A stretch of 64,000 nucleotides of DNA from Phoronis australis (taxonomy: Eukaryota > Animalia > Phoronida): positions 608,248 through 672,247 of the forward strand of contig NMRA01000144.1 in the NCBI GenBank assembly GCA_002633005.1. Direction: 5' to 3'. Both the position numbers and the translations under genes were made by a program. The first letter of the stretch is position 1. Each line of letters opens with the position of its first letter. Below, one piece after another: positions 1 to 13,668 of this stretch. The notes beneath the pieces were generated by a model. The model made no database searches. It worked only from the letters and a program-made list of their open reading frames with translations, and had not been told where the DNA came from.

Positions 1-172
1 AAATCTGATGAAATTTGTTGAACATACATTATGAGCGACACAAGTAATTTTCTGAAATCAGGCTCACCAGCTCTGGTCCTCAAGAAGTCTATCCCAACCA
101 TAGAACTCTAGACCCAGGTCTAGAGGCAACGATCCCAAAATGCAGCCGTACAGCCGATGATATCCCTTTAAA
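1..172 (+). mobile_element. Family B element, 3' end (truncated by window start)
   Basis: CAGCTCTGGTC...AAGTCTATCCCA...GCCGTACAGCCGATGATATCCCTTTAA is homologous to ~22147-22240. Confidence 0.6.
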
Positions 173-3100
173 CCATATGACTGTATTAACTTAATACATA
201 TTTTTCCCAAACAGTCGGGATATAATATTCATTTCGAGGAAGGTTTATTATCTCGTATGGGCTTACTTATGGGCGGACCAGGGGTCAGAAATTTCCAGTA
301 ATCATCGTTCTTTCTTTAAGTTAATTTCAATAGTATCGACGGAGCATTTCCAGCCGAGAGGTCTGGTGACATGATGCAACAAATAAAGTCATCACTGTGT
401 GTCGCAATTTCAGTAATCATACTAAAACGTGAAAATCGAAGATTCAGTAGCCGTATATACTATTTTGTTGACTGACATACTGCAAAAAGGTAACAGCACC
501 CAACTAAGGTGACGACAACACCATGTTGGTTGGTCAATGTCCGTCACAGATTAAAGTTGGTGGGCGAGAATTTTTCTTGTTATACAGTGTAAAAGGGAAC
601 TGATATCGCAACGGAAGATAGCCTCGTTCCGGGCGTCAACGTGCAGTCGGCTACGTGTAAACCAAAGATACACCCAAGTTACTGACTGCATTGACTTCCT
701 TATTTGGAAAGTCACGTGAGTTGACTAGTCTAATAGTTTCCGTTACTTTCACGTTAACAAACTATGAGAAATACATAAGCCAGTGTTTGTTTGTTATTCT
801 GTTAATTATTCTATACGTAATGAATTGGCTAGGTATTCTACAAGCAGTACGGTGCACAGTCTTAAAGACAAGGTTCACTGCTGCGCATTTACTGTGAACT
901 AACACCTAAGCAGTATACTCGAAAAGTGAGAGGTGTTGCCGTAATAAGACGGGCATCAACGTGGAATTATAAGTAAAAAACAATTATTGTGCAGACGGAC
1001 CGATCTGTGGTCTGGTTGGGAGGGTCAGCCTACGTTCTAATTAAGTTACTTTATCTGAGGCGTGTAACCGGAACGAGCCTAGAAGGAAGCTACGTGATCA
1101 CGTGCTGTGCTTGTCACTTGGGGATGTCTCGCGAAGTCTTGAGAGGTCTTGCAGGCACACAATTTTAGGGTGTGTCGAAAAATCGGAAACAATTAATTGC
1201 CAATCAAATGCTCAATGTGAGCGCGTGCATATGGCTTCTTCATTCACCGCCTTTCAACAAACCACCACTTGTGATCTAGCTAGCGGCGGTGTCACCAGGG
1301 ATGCGAGGGAGAGGGGGACCTGCAATGACTGAATCAACAACGAAAGACCCGGCAATGAAAGCGTTGAACAAGAGTAAAGGCAGTACGAAGGTGGTCGAAA
1401 AGTAGAATGCTCTGCGGCTATTGCGGGGGGAATGGGCGTGGTAACGAACAGCGAACTTGCCAAGCTTTTATGATGTAACAAATTTCACTAGTTAAAAACA
1501 ATGAGTTACTGATAGCTCGGCCCTACTCTTTCGTCTCCCACCAGCCATTCCCCATCCCAGTGTCAGTTGCACCACCATGACAGGCGCAGCATGATCGCTA
1601 AATGTATGATAAACATGCGATCATCAGTGGAGTGTAGAATTACAAATTCTTGAGAAAGTACGATACGGGGATTTGCCTCTACACATGCTTGATGCAGAGT
1701 TCGACGCCGCGTTTGTTTATGTTCGTTGCATTCTGGGAAATATAGGTCACGTGGCACTCTTCGTAAGAATATTTATTAGCCGTGATGGCAAGACCGCCTA
1801 CTTTTGTCAAAGTTATTACTTGGCGAAATATTTTTTTTTCTGTTAATTAAAAATAGACTTGTTTGCTGAAAATTTCTTAATAACTCGTAAATTAGTCTCT
1901 GTTTTTTATTACAAACAATTGAAAACCAGTCAAAAATGGTAAAAGAGGGATTTACCAACATAGGGAGATTTATAAAGGCGATGAGACAAAAGTTCCGATT
2001 ACGTATTTCAATTTGTCGACTATGACTAATTCATCACCCAGACGCATCTCTAAGACGGCCACGTTTCGAAAGCACTTCCATGAAAACACATATATAACTG
2101 ACTGGCAGTGGCGTCAGCTAAACGAAGTCAGAAAAGGCATATGGAAGTTAATTGTTCATATGCAAAACTCTGTATTTGACATGTGATTTTAGCTGGCTTT
2201 GAATGTAGTGTACTAACGAACATAAAATAAGTCTAGAATACAATAGACTGAATACACGACCGTGCGTTCTGTCGTTTCATTGAGTATTGAATAGACAAGC
2301 TGTCAATCATCGCAGCATGCGGTTTGACATCAGTTTCAAAAATTGGAAATTTTCCATAGCTGTTGCATATTCCATTGTTCTAAAGCGCATTACAATATTT
2401 AGCCAAAGATAAGCGAGGCTCGATGACGTGTCCAAACGACCGACATATCATATTATGAGTCATTCACAGTCATTAAAACTCAAACACAATAGGAAACAGT
2501 CAAAAGCCCATTTTACTCTAACTGTGATCCATTTGTGTTGGCTGTAAATGCGTCATCGAACAACTTGTTACGTGTTTTATGTATGGCTCACAGTGAACAG
2601 GTGGCCACGTAAGCAAAACGTTAATTGAGACGTTATGAGCTTTCGATCTTTAAAGGCAGTCTCCAGACAGATTTTGTGTTAAAAACAAATATCTTGTGCC
2701 TTTCTGGGCTCCACAAAGTTATCTACGTACGTTTGCATTGCAATGGAATGACGTACGTAAACACTTTTTGAATTTCGACGCAAATTTAACATTTGAAACA
2801 ATGCAGAGTTGCCGTTATTGTTTATAATGGTCCCTCAATATGGTGCAAATTTTATTTCAGGAAAACAGATGAGTTCTCAAGCATTCAAAATAAAATAAAA
2901 CAAAAATTTAATCAAACGAGAGCTTGTTGAGTAAACAATAACGCTTTTGAAAACATTTTCATGAGCAGTCACGCTATCCACGGCTAAGGTCTTAGGCAAA
3001 ATACATCTGAAAAATTCGATTAAAAATACGCGTGTTTCAGACAGAATTTGGCCAATATTTCACTGAGGAATTGGTTATTCCAGACCTCTTTGCTTTTATT

Positions 3101-3518
3101 TTGTTGAAATTCCACAAACTCCGCAAAGAAGAGAACTATAAAAACAAGATGAATGACTCCAAAAAGAACTAATTTTCCATGTTTGGAGTAATTGTATCCA
3201 TAGAATGTTTTTCAAATGGCGCCGTTGCCCCCAATTAAATCGACTGCGCACAGGTTAGCGCGTATCAAATCGTGCTACAACGAAATGCCGTTAATTAATT
3301 TGATACACTCATTGACATGGCTATTTATGGGCCATTAGTGTCATCCACGGAGGAAGATAATTGTTAGAACAAGAAATGCAAATCAGAATAGGCAGCGGGA
3401 TAAAAATAATGCGATATGACATCACAACCACAGGCTATGCGCATACATCATCTCGGTTAAAATTATTCGGTATTTAGTCTAGAATCAATACCGTACTATT
3501 TTTTATTTTATTTCATAG

Positions 3519-3564
3519 GTGGAATAAAATATTTCTGTGGTCCGACTGTTGGTTGTCGTTTACG
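3519..3564 (+). other. Candidate 46-nt exon
   Basis: TTTTTTATTTTATTTCATAG|GTGG...TTTACG|GTAAGT; strong splice signals but no recognisable peptide. Confidence 0.3.
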
Positions 3565-3909
3565 GTAAGTCGTAGCACATCAGATATGAAACTCCGCGAA
3601 TAAACACGAGTGGGCTTTCGAATACAATCACAGTGTTCTTCGACATACAGTAAAAGCAAGGAGACAGTACGCTCCTTGGTAAAAGCTTGTTGCTAGGTCT
3701 GATTTGATCAAGACCACAATGCAGCAGGCTATTATAAGGAATGACTCATAGTAGAGTATTTCTGTAGACTACAAATTTCCCACTGAAGGCAACTCCTAAA
3801 AATAGCAACATTTCGTAACAGGCTCAAAATCACTTGAAAAGAGATGGTGTTCTCATTTTTTTTAAGATGCATGTCCCAAAATACATTCAATGCTGTACGT
3901 CCCCAATAA

Positions 3910-4045
3910 CACGGGTGGCGCACTATAGGGGGCTATAGCCCCCCACTTTTTTCAGTGTTACGCCGCACATGTTTTATAGGCGGTGCACCACAGGGGGGCT
4001 GAGGGGGCTTTAGCCCCCATTTTTTTCAGTGCTACGCCGCCCATG
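3910..4045. mobile_element. Dimeric GC-rich MITE (CAYGGGYGG termini, 5-bp TSD)
   Basis: Two tandem ~60-75 bp units each ending TTTTTCAGTG(T/C)TACGCCGC(A/C)CATG; AATAA duplicated at 3905-3909 and 4046-4050. Confidence 0.7.
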
Positions 4046-4132
4046 AATAAACGCATAAAATACAAGTGAAACACACGACTGCAGCACCGAACAACGCTTG
4101 GTGGTGTTGAGATGCCGTTGCACTGCTAAAGA

Positions 4133-4297
4133 CAATGGCGTATTTAGGGGGTGGGGGGCAAGGGGGCCATGCCCCCCCTCTAAAATTCTCCCAGATTCCA
4201 TTTGGCAGTTCGGGGGTGCGAATGTCTGAGGGGAAAATTCCGGGCTAATACTCTGCCCTGCCCTTTCCCATAACTCAAAATTCTGGATCTGCCTCTG
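4133..4297 (-). mobile_element. MITE family A (CAG(G/T)GGCGGAT termini, 5-bp TSD), full-length copy
   Basis: Imperfect TIRs; AAAGA duplicated at 4128-4132 and 4298-4302; reverse-complement homologue of 27974-28135. Confidence 0.8.
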
Positions 4298-7200
4298 AAA
4301 GACACACAGAATTTTCATTCCTGCTTGACAATGCTTTCTATGAGTAACACAATGTGACATTACTACTAATAACATGATATTACATTTAAAACCTTTCATG
4401 TGTTGATTGCGTCTTACTATGTTTGAAACATTGTTTTTTAAGTATGTTTCGAAACGCCATAACGTCCGCCACAAATGAATTCAGTATTATTTGTTCTTTG
4501 GCGTAAGCTCCTCCCCTTCAAACAAAGCATTAGGAACTCACTATACGATTCGTCGTTGATTAAAATAGGCGTCGTCGCAGAATGAAAGCTGTTTCGCGAT
4601 TCCCTAGATGTAACAAAATCCAGGACTGCATCAAAAGTAAACACATTCCACAAAAGCAAGTAATGGTGGAAAGACAAACTTGGACTCGTCAGAGCTGTAA
4701 GGGGCGCTTTCTAATCACGGTTCATGGCATTTTTGAAGGAAAACAAGAAAAGGCCGGATATTCAAGTAACGAACTGACCGACACGCATACTTGTTCTCTC
4801 AGAATCTAAATTCCTCGGAAAACAAATACCAAACCGATTACTAACGCTGGTAGCGAAAATTTACAAGTTGGTTCTCGGCGATGTTTCAGATCTTTCAAAC
4901 TATGTTCCATATGTGAAAAAATACATTCTAAAACTTCTAACAATGCACTAGTTTTCGTTGACCTACTCAACTAAAATATTCAGTGCACATTCCACATAAT
5001 GTCAGAACAATTTCCGAGCCTCACGTGGAATTTTGATTTAAAGGATTCACATGTTTAACATTTTCTTTTCGATAGCTGGGATAATAAAAGTAGGTGTACC
5101 TTTTGTAACTAAATTGGACCAATAAAAAGTAGACCATGAAAGAATTACCAATCCACGGCGATAAAAAACATTTATTTACTAAAAAAGGACAATTAATAAG
5201 TCACAATCAAAAATTCTCTTCAAAAATGCATTAAATGTTGTTAATCATTTTCTTTAAAATTGATCGTTGATTTTGACAACCCAAATTTTCTGTATTTCTA
5301 ATGGGAAATGAAAACGATTTTCGGAAAATAGATATTTTATGTCCAACTAAAACAGAAATTATACGAATAATACCATCATCAAAGTGGTTCCAAAATCCCG
5401 GCGCCTCTCCTACGTTTGATTTATCCCATTGCGTTGGCGGTACTATTCCCAAAACCTCCAATGAACACACAATCCGCGGTACAAATTCTATAACCACGCC
5501 CCTAAACTCCAAACACTCGCTGGAAATACTTCATACACGGTGATCAAATTCTATACCTGGGAACCAATTTCCGCTCCCGGTGTATGGAGTTTGGTCACTG
5601 AGCATTGACTATTTTTCACAATATCTCTTCCAGGAATAATAAAATTTCAAAATTGTGTCATCAAAATTACAGTCTTCCAAGATTCGCTGTTCGAATCGGC
5701 ATTCAAAATTGAAATAAGCAATCGCCAGCAATTCCGTAATTTTGACGTTAGGACAATGCTTGACTAACTTAGGCACGTCGTTATTGAAACAAAATGTGTA
5801 TCAATTGCCCTCGTTTAACATAAATCGGACAACTCATTACCCCAATTCTACATCCTCAATCTCCACCACGTCAGGAATACGTTCCAATTGTCTTGCACTT
5901 GAACTTTTTACTCCACATACCCAAAATAAACAAAACTCATGTTTTAAAATGTACGAGAAAAGCAATCATCAAACTTGTGTTCTACTGAAACTCCGGTTTC
6001 TCTTTATCATTGTGTCTGGATCTGTCTCCAATAGCTGTTGATCTTTGTACAAATTAAACAGCAAATCAGTATAATAAAGCTTTTAAATAATCCTTGAAAT
6101 CGACACGCTGATTCAAAATATCAAGTATGTGCATTTGTATTCTAACTAATAATCAAGAAAGTTACACAACTATAACTTAACACCGCACGTGTCAGTGATT
6201 AAATAAACTTGTCCAAATCGAAATGTTTGGGCGATCATTGTACCGTCGGACAATGACCGTGAATAGCTCGCTCGGTCGATGACTTATTTTCCAGTCCACA
6301 ACACAACAGGTTAGCAGGTTGGATTTATTCTTCGCTCACGGGGATTTGGCTCCTGGAAAAAATAATTGTGGAACGATTTTGACATTTTGACACAGGCTTG
6401 AAAATAAAATATTATTGGGCTGGAATAATTTTAGGAAGGCAACGACAGCACCTGTACCTGGCGCCGTATTAATAGACCACTGAATTTTTCCTTCTCATAA
6501 CAAACGATGGCCAACATTTGAGATAGCGCTGCAAAAATCCCGAAACAATTGTTACCAGTCTATTGATCGTCCATGCTAAATGAAAATGAAACAAGATATC
6601 ACTTTGAGAAAAAGAGCAGCGAATACTTAACATTCCCTAAAAATGACGCGAGATCGTGCCGCGGTAACAGGACAGCTGTTGAGTGCAGTTACAGGTGTGT
6701 GTATTTCCATCGATACCTTTCTGCCTCAACTGATTACAAGCCTAAATGAACAAAAGAGTATAGCCACAGAGTGTACTTAATCTATGGTATAAATTTGACT
6801 GATAAGAAACAAATCATCACGCAACTACAAGTAAAATCAGCGGCCCAGTGTTCCGTGCACCGAATATTTTTATCGCGTTTTTTCTGTTTTACTAAATAAA
6901 ACTAATCATGGCGGACATATCTTATTGAAATGCCACAGGATACGAGTATTTCTCCAAGCAAGTAAAGCGCCGGTTTCAATTACATATAGTTAGTGATGTT
7001 CGTAATCTGTTCGGTATTCCGAAAATAAAGTTCTTAAATTTTATATTAAAATATCATGATGAAGGTCTATGTGGCTGCGACAATTACCCGTATAAACTTG
7101 CGCATCTCATGACGATAAAATTCCAATGCAATTCGTAACAGAAAAACGCATGCAAAAGAAGCCATAACAGTATGCCAGGATTAGTCACGACATTAAATAG

Positions 7201-8499
7201 CAAATCAGAAGAAGGAAAAATCAGCAGTCTTGCGGCCTGTGGTCGCGATCCTGACGAGTAATTAGGTTAGTTCCAAACCAAACCAATTAAGCCTTAATAG
7301 GTACACAAACCAAACCAACTCAGAATGAACAGCGTGATGACATCTATCAGAACAAGTCTGAAAACCGATCGATCAAAGATCAGGCCACTGGTTTACTAGT
7401 CACTCATAAGTCAAGGTAAATCAGTCCCGTATTATTCAATAAAAAGAATGGTTGGGTCCTTGGAATTAATGCCCCTCGTAACGTTGACGAAAACTCAACC
7501 ACAACGATGTCTTGGTTTAAATCGCTAAACAAAACTTTTTCAATAAAGCAGCAATTACAACAAGGTCAAGTCGGTAGCTTCAAATTTGAAACACAGTAGT
7601 GCGTTGTACTATGCAATGCTAAGCGAGTATAAGGCCGGTGTTTCACACAACACTCATATCCCAGTGCTTCTGTACACCCGTAAATAGCAGTACACTTCAA
7701 GATGACCGCGACTTCACGCATATGAGCATTTTACGCATTGAAGCGCTCTCGGGCGTCTTGGCAATTAACCATCTCGACAATTAATACAATAATCGATATC
7801 ATAAGAGCGTACGTTAGCTCTTAATCTCTGAATTGTTATTAAATATTTTCATTTGTCGCATTTTAATAAGTCACGCGAGTGCAATGCACTGAACAAGATC
7901 ATCAAAATATCTACAAGGCAAGACGACTTCAAGTACATACTTACGTTTTGGCAGTGATTAAATATTGCGAGATAACCTTTGTGGTGAAATTGAAATTTGA
8001 ATGGCAATGAATCACAGGACATATAAGAAAACGTCACAAATTATATACACTAGCTTTGGTTTTTATCGTTTAAATATTTCATTTCAAATGTTACAAACAC
8101 CTCTCCCGAAATTATGGAAATGATCAGGGAATGCCTGTTACAGGCACGACTGTTATCACGAAGAAGACAACTAAGATGTACTATCACTTTGTTATTACTC
8201 ATATCTATAAGCAGGACATGATTCTAAGTGGTTGCATTATGGCTAATGTAGAATAACAAAATCAGCAATAATACGATTTGAAATTCAGAAGGAGCACGCA
8301 TTATAGATAAATTTTCGAAACTTTCGAACAACACACACTGACTTCCAATTCAGATGACTAATAGTAAATGTGTGTGCAAACAATAGTGGCAGTCTTCCAA
8401 TGTGTGTGTCGTGTAGAAGGCAAACAATAGTGACAGACTTCCGTCACAAAAACCAACTTTCGATCTAGATCACTTATCATTAGTAAACTGGCGTCAAAT

Positions 8500-10122
8500 T
8501 GTTCCTTAATCAAAATACATGCGATTTTTTGGCTCTACAAGTTGACTTGTCACGGCGTGTCATTTTGTTCGCTAGCCATATTCAAGTTAATAACAGCAGG
8601 TGGTTTTAATCAAAAGTTTCCAGGATGGAACGGCAATTTATTGCTGGATAACTTATTAATTACCAGCGAACGGCACACTTACGGCTGTGGATAAAAATTC
8701 AGAGATGATACGCAAATGTACTTAAAAAGTGGACCAAAATCAAAACGTATTCATACTTGCACCAAATAACACTGTTTGTTTACATTTTCGCTATTTACTT
8801 GGCAGTGGCGCTAGTCTAAGGTCATGGTCGGTGCAGGAGTTTCTAGTGCGTTCTTGGACATGTACATATGCAACTGACGGTCATCAACAAAACTACAGAG
8901 TTGCATCACTTTCAACAATCCGACAACGCCCGATCGTCTCGTGTTATATCATTACATCTGTATCCAATAAAAAATTGCAAGCCGGTGCAGATTTTCAGAT
9001 ATCATGAACTAATTAAGCATAGACAACTTAATCGGTTTCTGAAAATTATGAACCTTATCTATTACCAAACCACAATGTAATGACGACGATTTCGCCAAAG
9101 TTCAAACTGCGAACCGGAAAATTCGCAAGATGGTATAGTGTGTTTTGATTACCAGTGGTAAAATCTCATCTTCGTACGGGGAGAATTTTGATAAACATGA
9201 ACAGAAAGAATTAGACAAAAGTAGTCTCTTTGGACACGTTCATTTTTGTGCTCAAATTTTCATCACATTTAAGTTTATGTGTTATTCGTTTTGATTCTGT
9301 TATAAAATTATCTAAATGAGGAGTAGACGAAATCTCTTTTCAATTGTTGTTAGCCCATATATATCCAATTTTGTTGACTCTACTTTGACTGCGTTGTGTT
9401 CATTTTGACTTTAATACGTCAACAAAATACTTCAGGTAAATTATCATTGTAAATTTTTGTCTATTAGTATTACTAATGTTATTCAAACTACAATGAATAC
9501 AAGTATTATTATACAGTCACTATTACTATTACTATTAATATGTCTATTATAACTATCATTAATACTAAAACTACTATTAATACAGGTATTATTACTATTA
9601 TTACTTAGATGACTCAATATCAGAACCATTATTTCCTCATAAAATAATAGCTAGCTAGTTCATGTGTGTAGTTTTCACAAGTAATTCACTTTTTATGAAA
9701 TAAAATCTTAAACATGAACAAAAAGGGTTTCTCTTAGAATATTCTTCCTGTCTTTTCAGGTAATATAAAAATATTAGAGATATTCTCGCGCTCTCCGTCT
9801 TACGTTAGGAGCACGCCAAACACTTCCCAAAACCCTTGTTTACTAAGAACAATGAAGTATGCGAAGCAAACTAGACAACAAGACAAAGAAGATCAAATCA
9901 AGCCACTAAGTTATTTTGATGCACTTCAAAGACTCAGAATCCTTCTTAAACCCGCATTCTGCCACAAAACACAACTATTGATTTAGACCTCATACTTTGC
10001 CTCAAACTGTTCCTAAATCAAAATAGATGTGATTTCTGGCCTTTGAAGGAGCGGACAGTTCGTTATTGCTAGAGACAAGGCTGCACAAGTTGACTTGTCA
10101 CGGCGTGTCATTTTATACGCTG
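8500..10122 (+). repeat. Dispersed direct repeat pair (~8500-8575 and ~10008-10122)
   Basis: Exact 30-mer ACAAGTTGACTTGTCACGGCGTGTCATTTT at 8537-8566 and 10085-10114, plus a shared upstream GTTCCT(T/A)AATCAAAATA block. Confidence 0.75.
9460..9606. repeat. Low-complexity (TAT/TAC)n tract
   Basis: Degenerate TATTAC/TATTAA repeats. Confidence 0.7.
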
Positions 10123-12868
10123 GGCAATAAACTAAGTGTTAGACGTTCTTTGCAAGACCAAAAATCGCTTCTCAACTCTTGAGTAAAGAACAAGTTGCGA
10201 TCAATTTTATAGTGGTATGAAGTCTAAACATAGAACTCAAGAGTTCTACGGTATAAGCGAGTTTCTTCGACGCTTTATTGTCACTTTAAGATAAGTTTAG
10301 AAAATAAATGTACGGTTGATAATCAATACTTAAAAACTTGTTTGATAAAACTTGCGTCACAATCACGATGGTTGACAGTTTATTACTTTAACTGGATAAA
10401 TTTCATGACAGTATGTAGACTATACACATTTGGATTTGCATGTTATCTTATTTAAATCTACTAAAAGCGTGTGAAATTATTACCATATAATATAATCATA
10501 TAATTATGAAAACAATTAAGTGGATGCTATTATTCCACCCTCTAGTTACTAACACAATGGAGTCAGAACACGACATGGTAAGGTTGACCTAGGTCTGGCA
10601 ATGAACTGATGGAAACGGCAGAACGCGCAAATGGACAAAAGATTTTTACTCACATTTGTTCTCGCAACGTGACATCGGCGATATCAGTTTAAGTTATTTC
10701 AAAATAGTTTTTTCCACTTCTTGGAATGATTATGCACTATTCATACTTAGTAACTCCGGCACATGTTGCTTGTGTTTTCGTCACACACACGCAAGACAAC
10801 GCGCGCGCATTTTTCTTTGCTGGCGAACGGGCAAAACTTGCTCCCGCACATTATTCCCTGCTCGCGAAAGCTATTCTATACCCTCATACACCCTTCCCAT
10901 CTCTCGGACCACTTCGAATAACGCGATATAAAACCTCTACGCACAAACCAATTGGGAAAAGTAAACACATTTCCGTCAACTTTCGATTATTCGTTTACAT
11001 ATATTAGTGGCAATGTTTGTTAGGATACAGTGAGAAAGTTATTGAACACACTTTAAGCTCAACAATACACGTCGTCCTCTTATGCGGTGATACCTTGAAC
11101 ATGAGTATTGATAACGTATAGGAAATTTTTGCGATGAAATGTGGTAAACCGGATAACAGTTACAGTGTGAAGTGAGAGAAAGATAATTCTCATTTCATTA
11201 TATACCGTAATAACTCTATTGAAAAAGAAGCCACAAGCCCGCAGTTCACAATAGTATGTACAAACTTTATTCACGTGCAGACAGTCATTAAAGATTGAAT
11301 ATTTCGCTTCTAATCATCATTTGCCTTTGTTTGTACATGGAAATATTTTCTAAAATGTTTACTGCCCTCGACTTTGAAAGAGACCTGATATTTGATTTTA
11401 CCATATCCAAATAATTTATTGAAAAAATGAAATAGCAAAGAAAATAGTTAAGTTGCTGGATTTATCCGTCAGCGACGAAATCAAATGGCACCACGGGGAT
11501 AGAATAATGTGCGGGAGAAGAAAAAAGTATGTCCGTGAAAATGGAAAAGTGGTTTGGGAGGGGGAATATCGGTCCGCAAGAGGGTATTAGTGTGCACGAG
11601 AGAAGAATTTTGTGCTCGGGCAGGTCCGTACCGCTCGTAGGCAGGGAAGACCAAGTAGGCCTACCTTGATACGAGAGTTGGTAGGCGTGTAGACCTATAA
11701 TACAAATTGATAGCTTGCTCTACAGACATGCGACACAGGCAGAAGCGACGTTGGCCTTTGGGGATCTCCGAGATCTCGCGGTGTTTGCGTTTTGTACTCG
11801 GTACAAATGGTATATAAGTTAATAAATGTATCACCCCTCCCTCTCTCTCACTTTCCCTCTATCCAGAAATATATCGGTTAATAACACGTATTAAAAGCAA
11901 CCTGCTACGAGATTAACCCGTATCATTAAACAGGTTAACGGGCCTTAGCCGAAATGGAAAGAGAATGGTTTTTAATTAATAAATTCAGTTAAGAAGCTTT
12001 TTTAGGAAAAAAGGTCACAACCATTTCCAACTGCTTTCCGTTTCCACACAAGTCGAACTTCGTTACAACAGACATAGAACGGTTATAAAGGCAGTTATGT
12101 ATTCCATTGCTTTAAATTGAACAACATTGAAAATGCAAACAAGAGGTGTTATAACAGTAGTGAGCAATTGAGGTGTTACAGACACGTGAACATCTCTGTT
12201 TCTAACTGGGAGCACCATTCGAAATTCATCGTGAAAATGGAAGAATAACATTGGTAACAAATATCTAAACCGACAATACGTCTCAGTGCTACTACATTCC
12301 AAAATCTGAAAATGGCAGTCGACAACACAAGGCTGTGATAGCACGGTATTAACAACAAGACTACTCTTCTCTTACGGAGATACATTAAACTAAATACACT
12401 CGCTCTCCACAATTGGTATCGCAGCTACATGTACATGCAAAAGTTGATAATCTATTGCAGACTTCTCTGCTCTAAATATGTAATGGGTACTGTAACTACT
12501 GCGAGGCCAAATGACAAGCCTTTTAGACCCGAGATGCAAGAGAAAAAAACAGAAAGGTTTTTTATCAAATCAGACAGGCGATTCAGGTGCTCCCCGGAAT
12601 TGTCCACAACTAGTTGTTTGGCCCACTGATTCTCCGAGTATTAAAAAAACACATTTTCTCGAATATTTGGGTCAGTATGCGTGCACTGGAAACGCTCAGT
12701 AAAACCAAGGAGTATATTTTTTATCAGTATGAGTATAAAACTTCACTTAACCATTACAAAATGGAAGGCGCCGATGTGCATCCAATGTAGCATCGCCTAT
12801 TAAATGATAAAGATTGAGGCAAGACAAAAACACATAGAGAAATCTCAGCTCAAGAAATGCATATATGC

Positions 12869-13141
12869 AAGGGGTGCCGTTTGTGCCATAGTCTTGCTTC
12901 TCGCCGCTATGCTAGTTTTCAGACAGTATATGTATTCACTTACTTATTTCGAAACTTACTGAGTTGACCAGTCTATCACGTTGTCCATTTTCACGTTTTA
13001 AAAAGGGTTTTAAAAAATTACAAAAAACAAGAATTTCATTGTTTTATACCTCTGGCCAAAGCTAATGACTTCAAAAGTCTATCTCATCTAACAATAATAC
13101 CAAACATGCGTTATTTGGCCGTAAAAACGATGATCCCTAAA
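12869..13141 (+). mobile_element. Family B-related element (diverged)
   Basis: 3' part homologous to ~22150-22240; internal part (TTACTTATTTCGAAA...TGAGTTGACCAGTCTA...TTTCACGTT) homologous to ~690-760. Confidence 0.55.
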
Positions 13142-13646
13142 TGCGCGCATGCACACGTAACAACAAGTAGGCAAATTTATGCGCACCTTTGATTAAATTT
13201 TTATTTGTTTGAGAATACTTTCTGTCCTAAAACAGGTGCGTTCACCAAAAATTAAAATCACGTTATTTTTCCCTTCACGATGTATATGCAACTTTGCTCG
13301 GTATACATATAGGAGAGTGTTCTATTTGAAGTCATGTAGTACGGGGTTCCTAAGGTTTATTCATGGACGAGATAAAACAGCCCTACAATCACCTACTGAA
13401 CAGATGTTTACGTTATCAACTTAATTGTTTTCTCTGAAAGTCGATTTTTCATGGGTGAAAGTAAATTGCTAAAAACTAATTCATGAGTGGTTTAACCCAT
13501 TATCAGGGCATAAGAGCACAAAACTTTACTCGAGACAGACTCGCGAATGGAATGTAATCTGTCAATTTTCAAGATGGCACTCAATAGTTTTTTGAGGACG
13601 GTTGAATTTGGCTCCCCCCAATTTCATTGACAGTTGTTGGACTTAC

Positions 13647-13668
13647 CTTTGCTCAGTCGTGGCTTTTC
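13647..13668 (-). other. Candidate 22-nt exon
   Basis: Minus strand reads CTTTCTGTGTTTTATGTCACTTTAG|GAAAAGCCACGACTGAGCAAAG|GTAAGT, with near-consensus acceptor and perfect donor. Confidence 0.35.
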
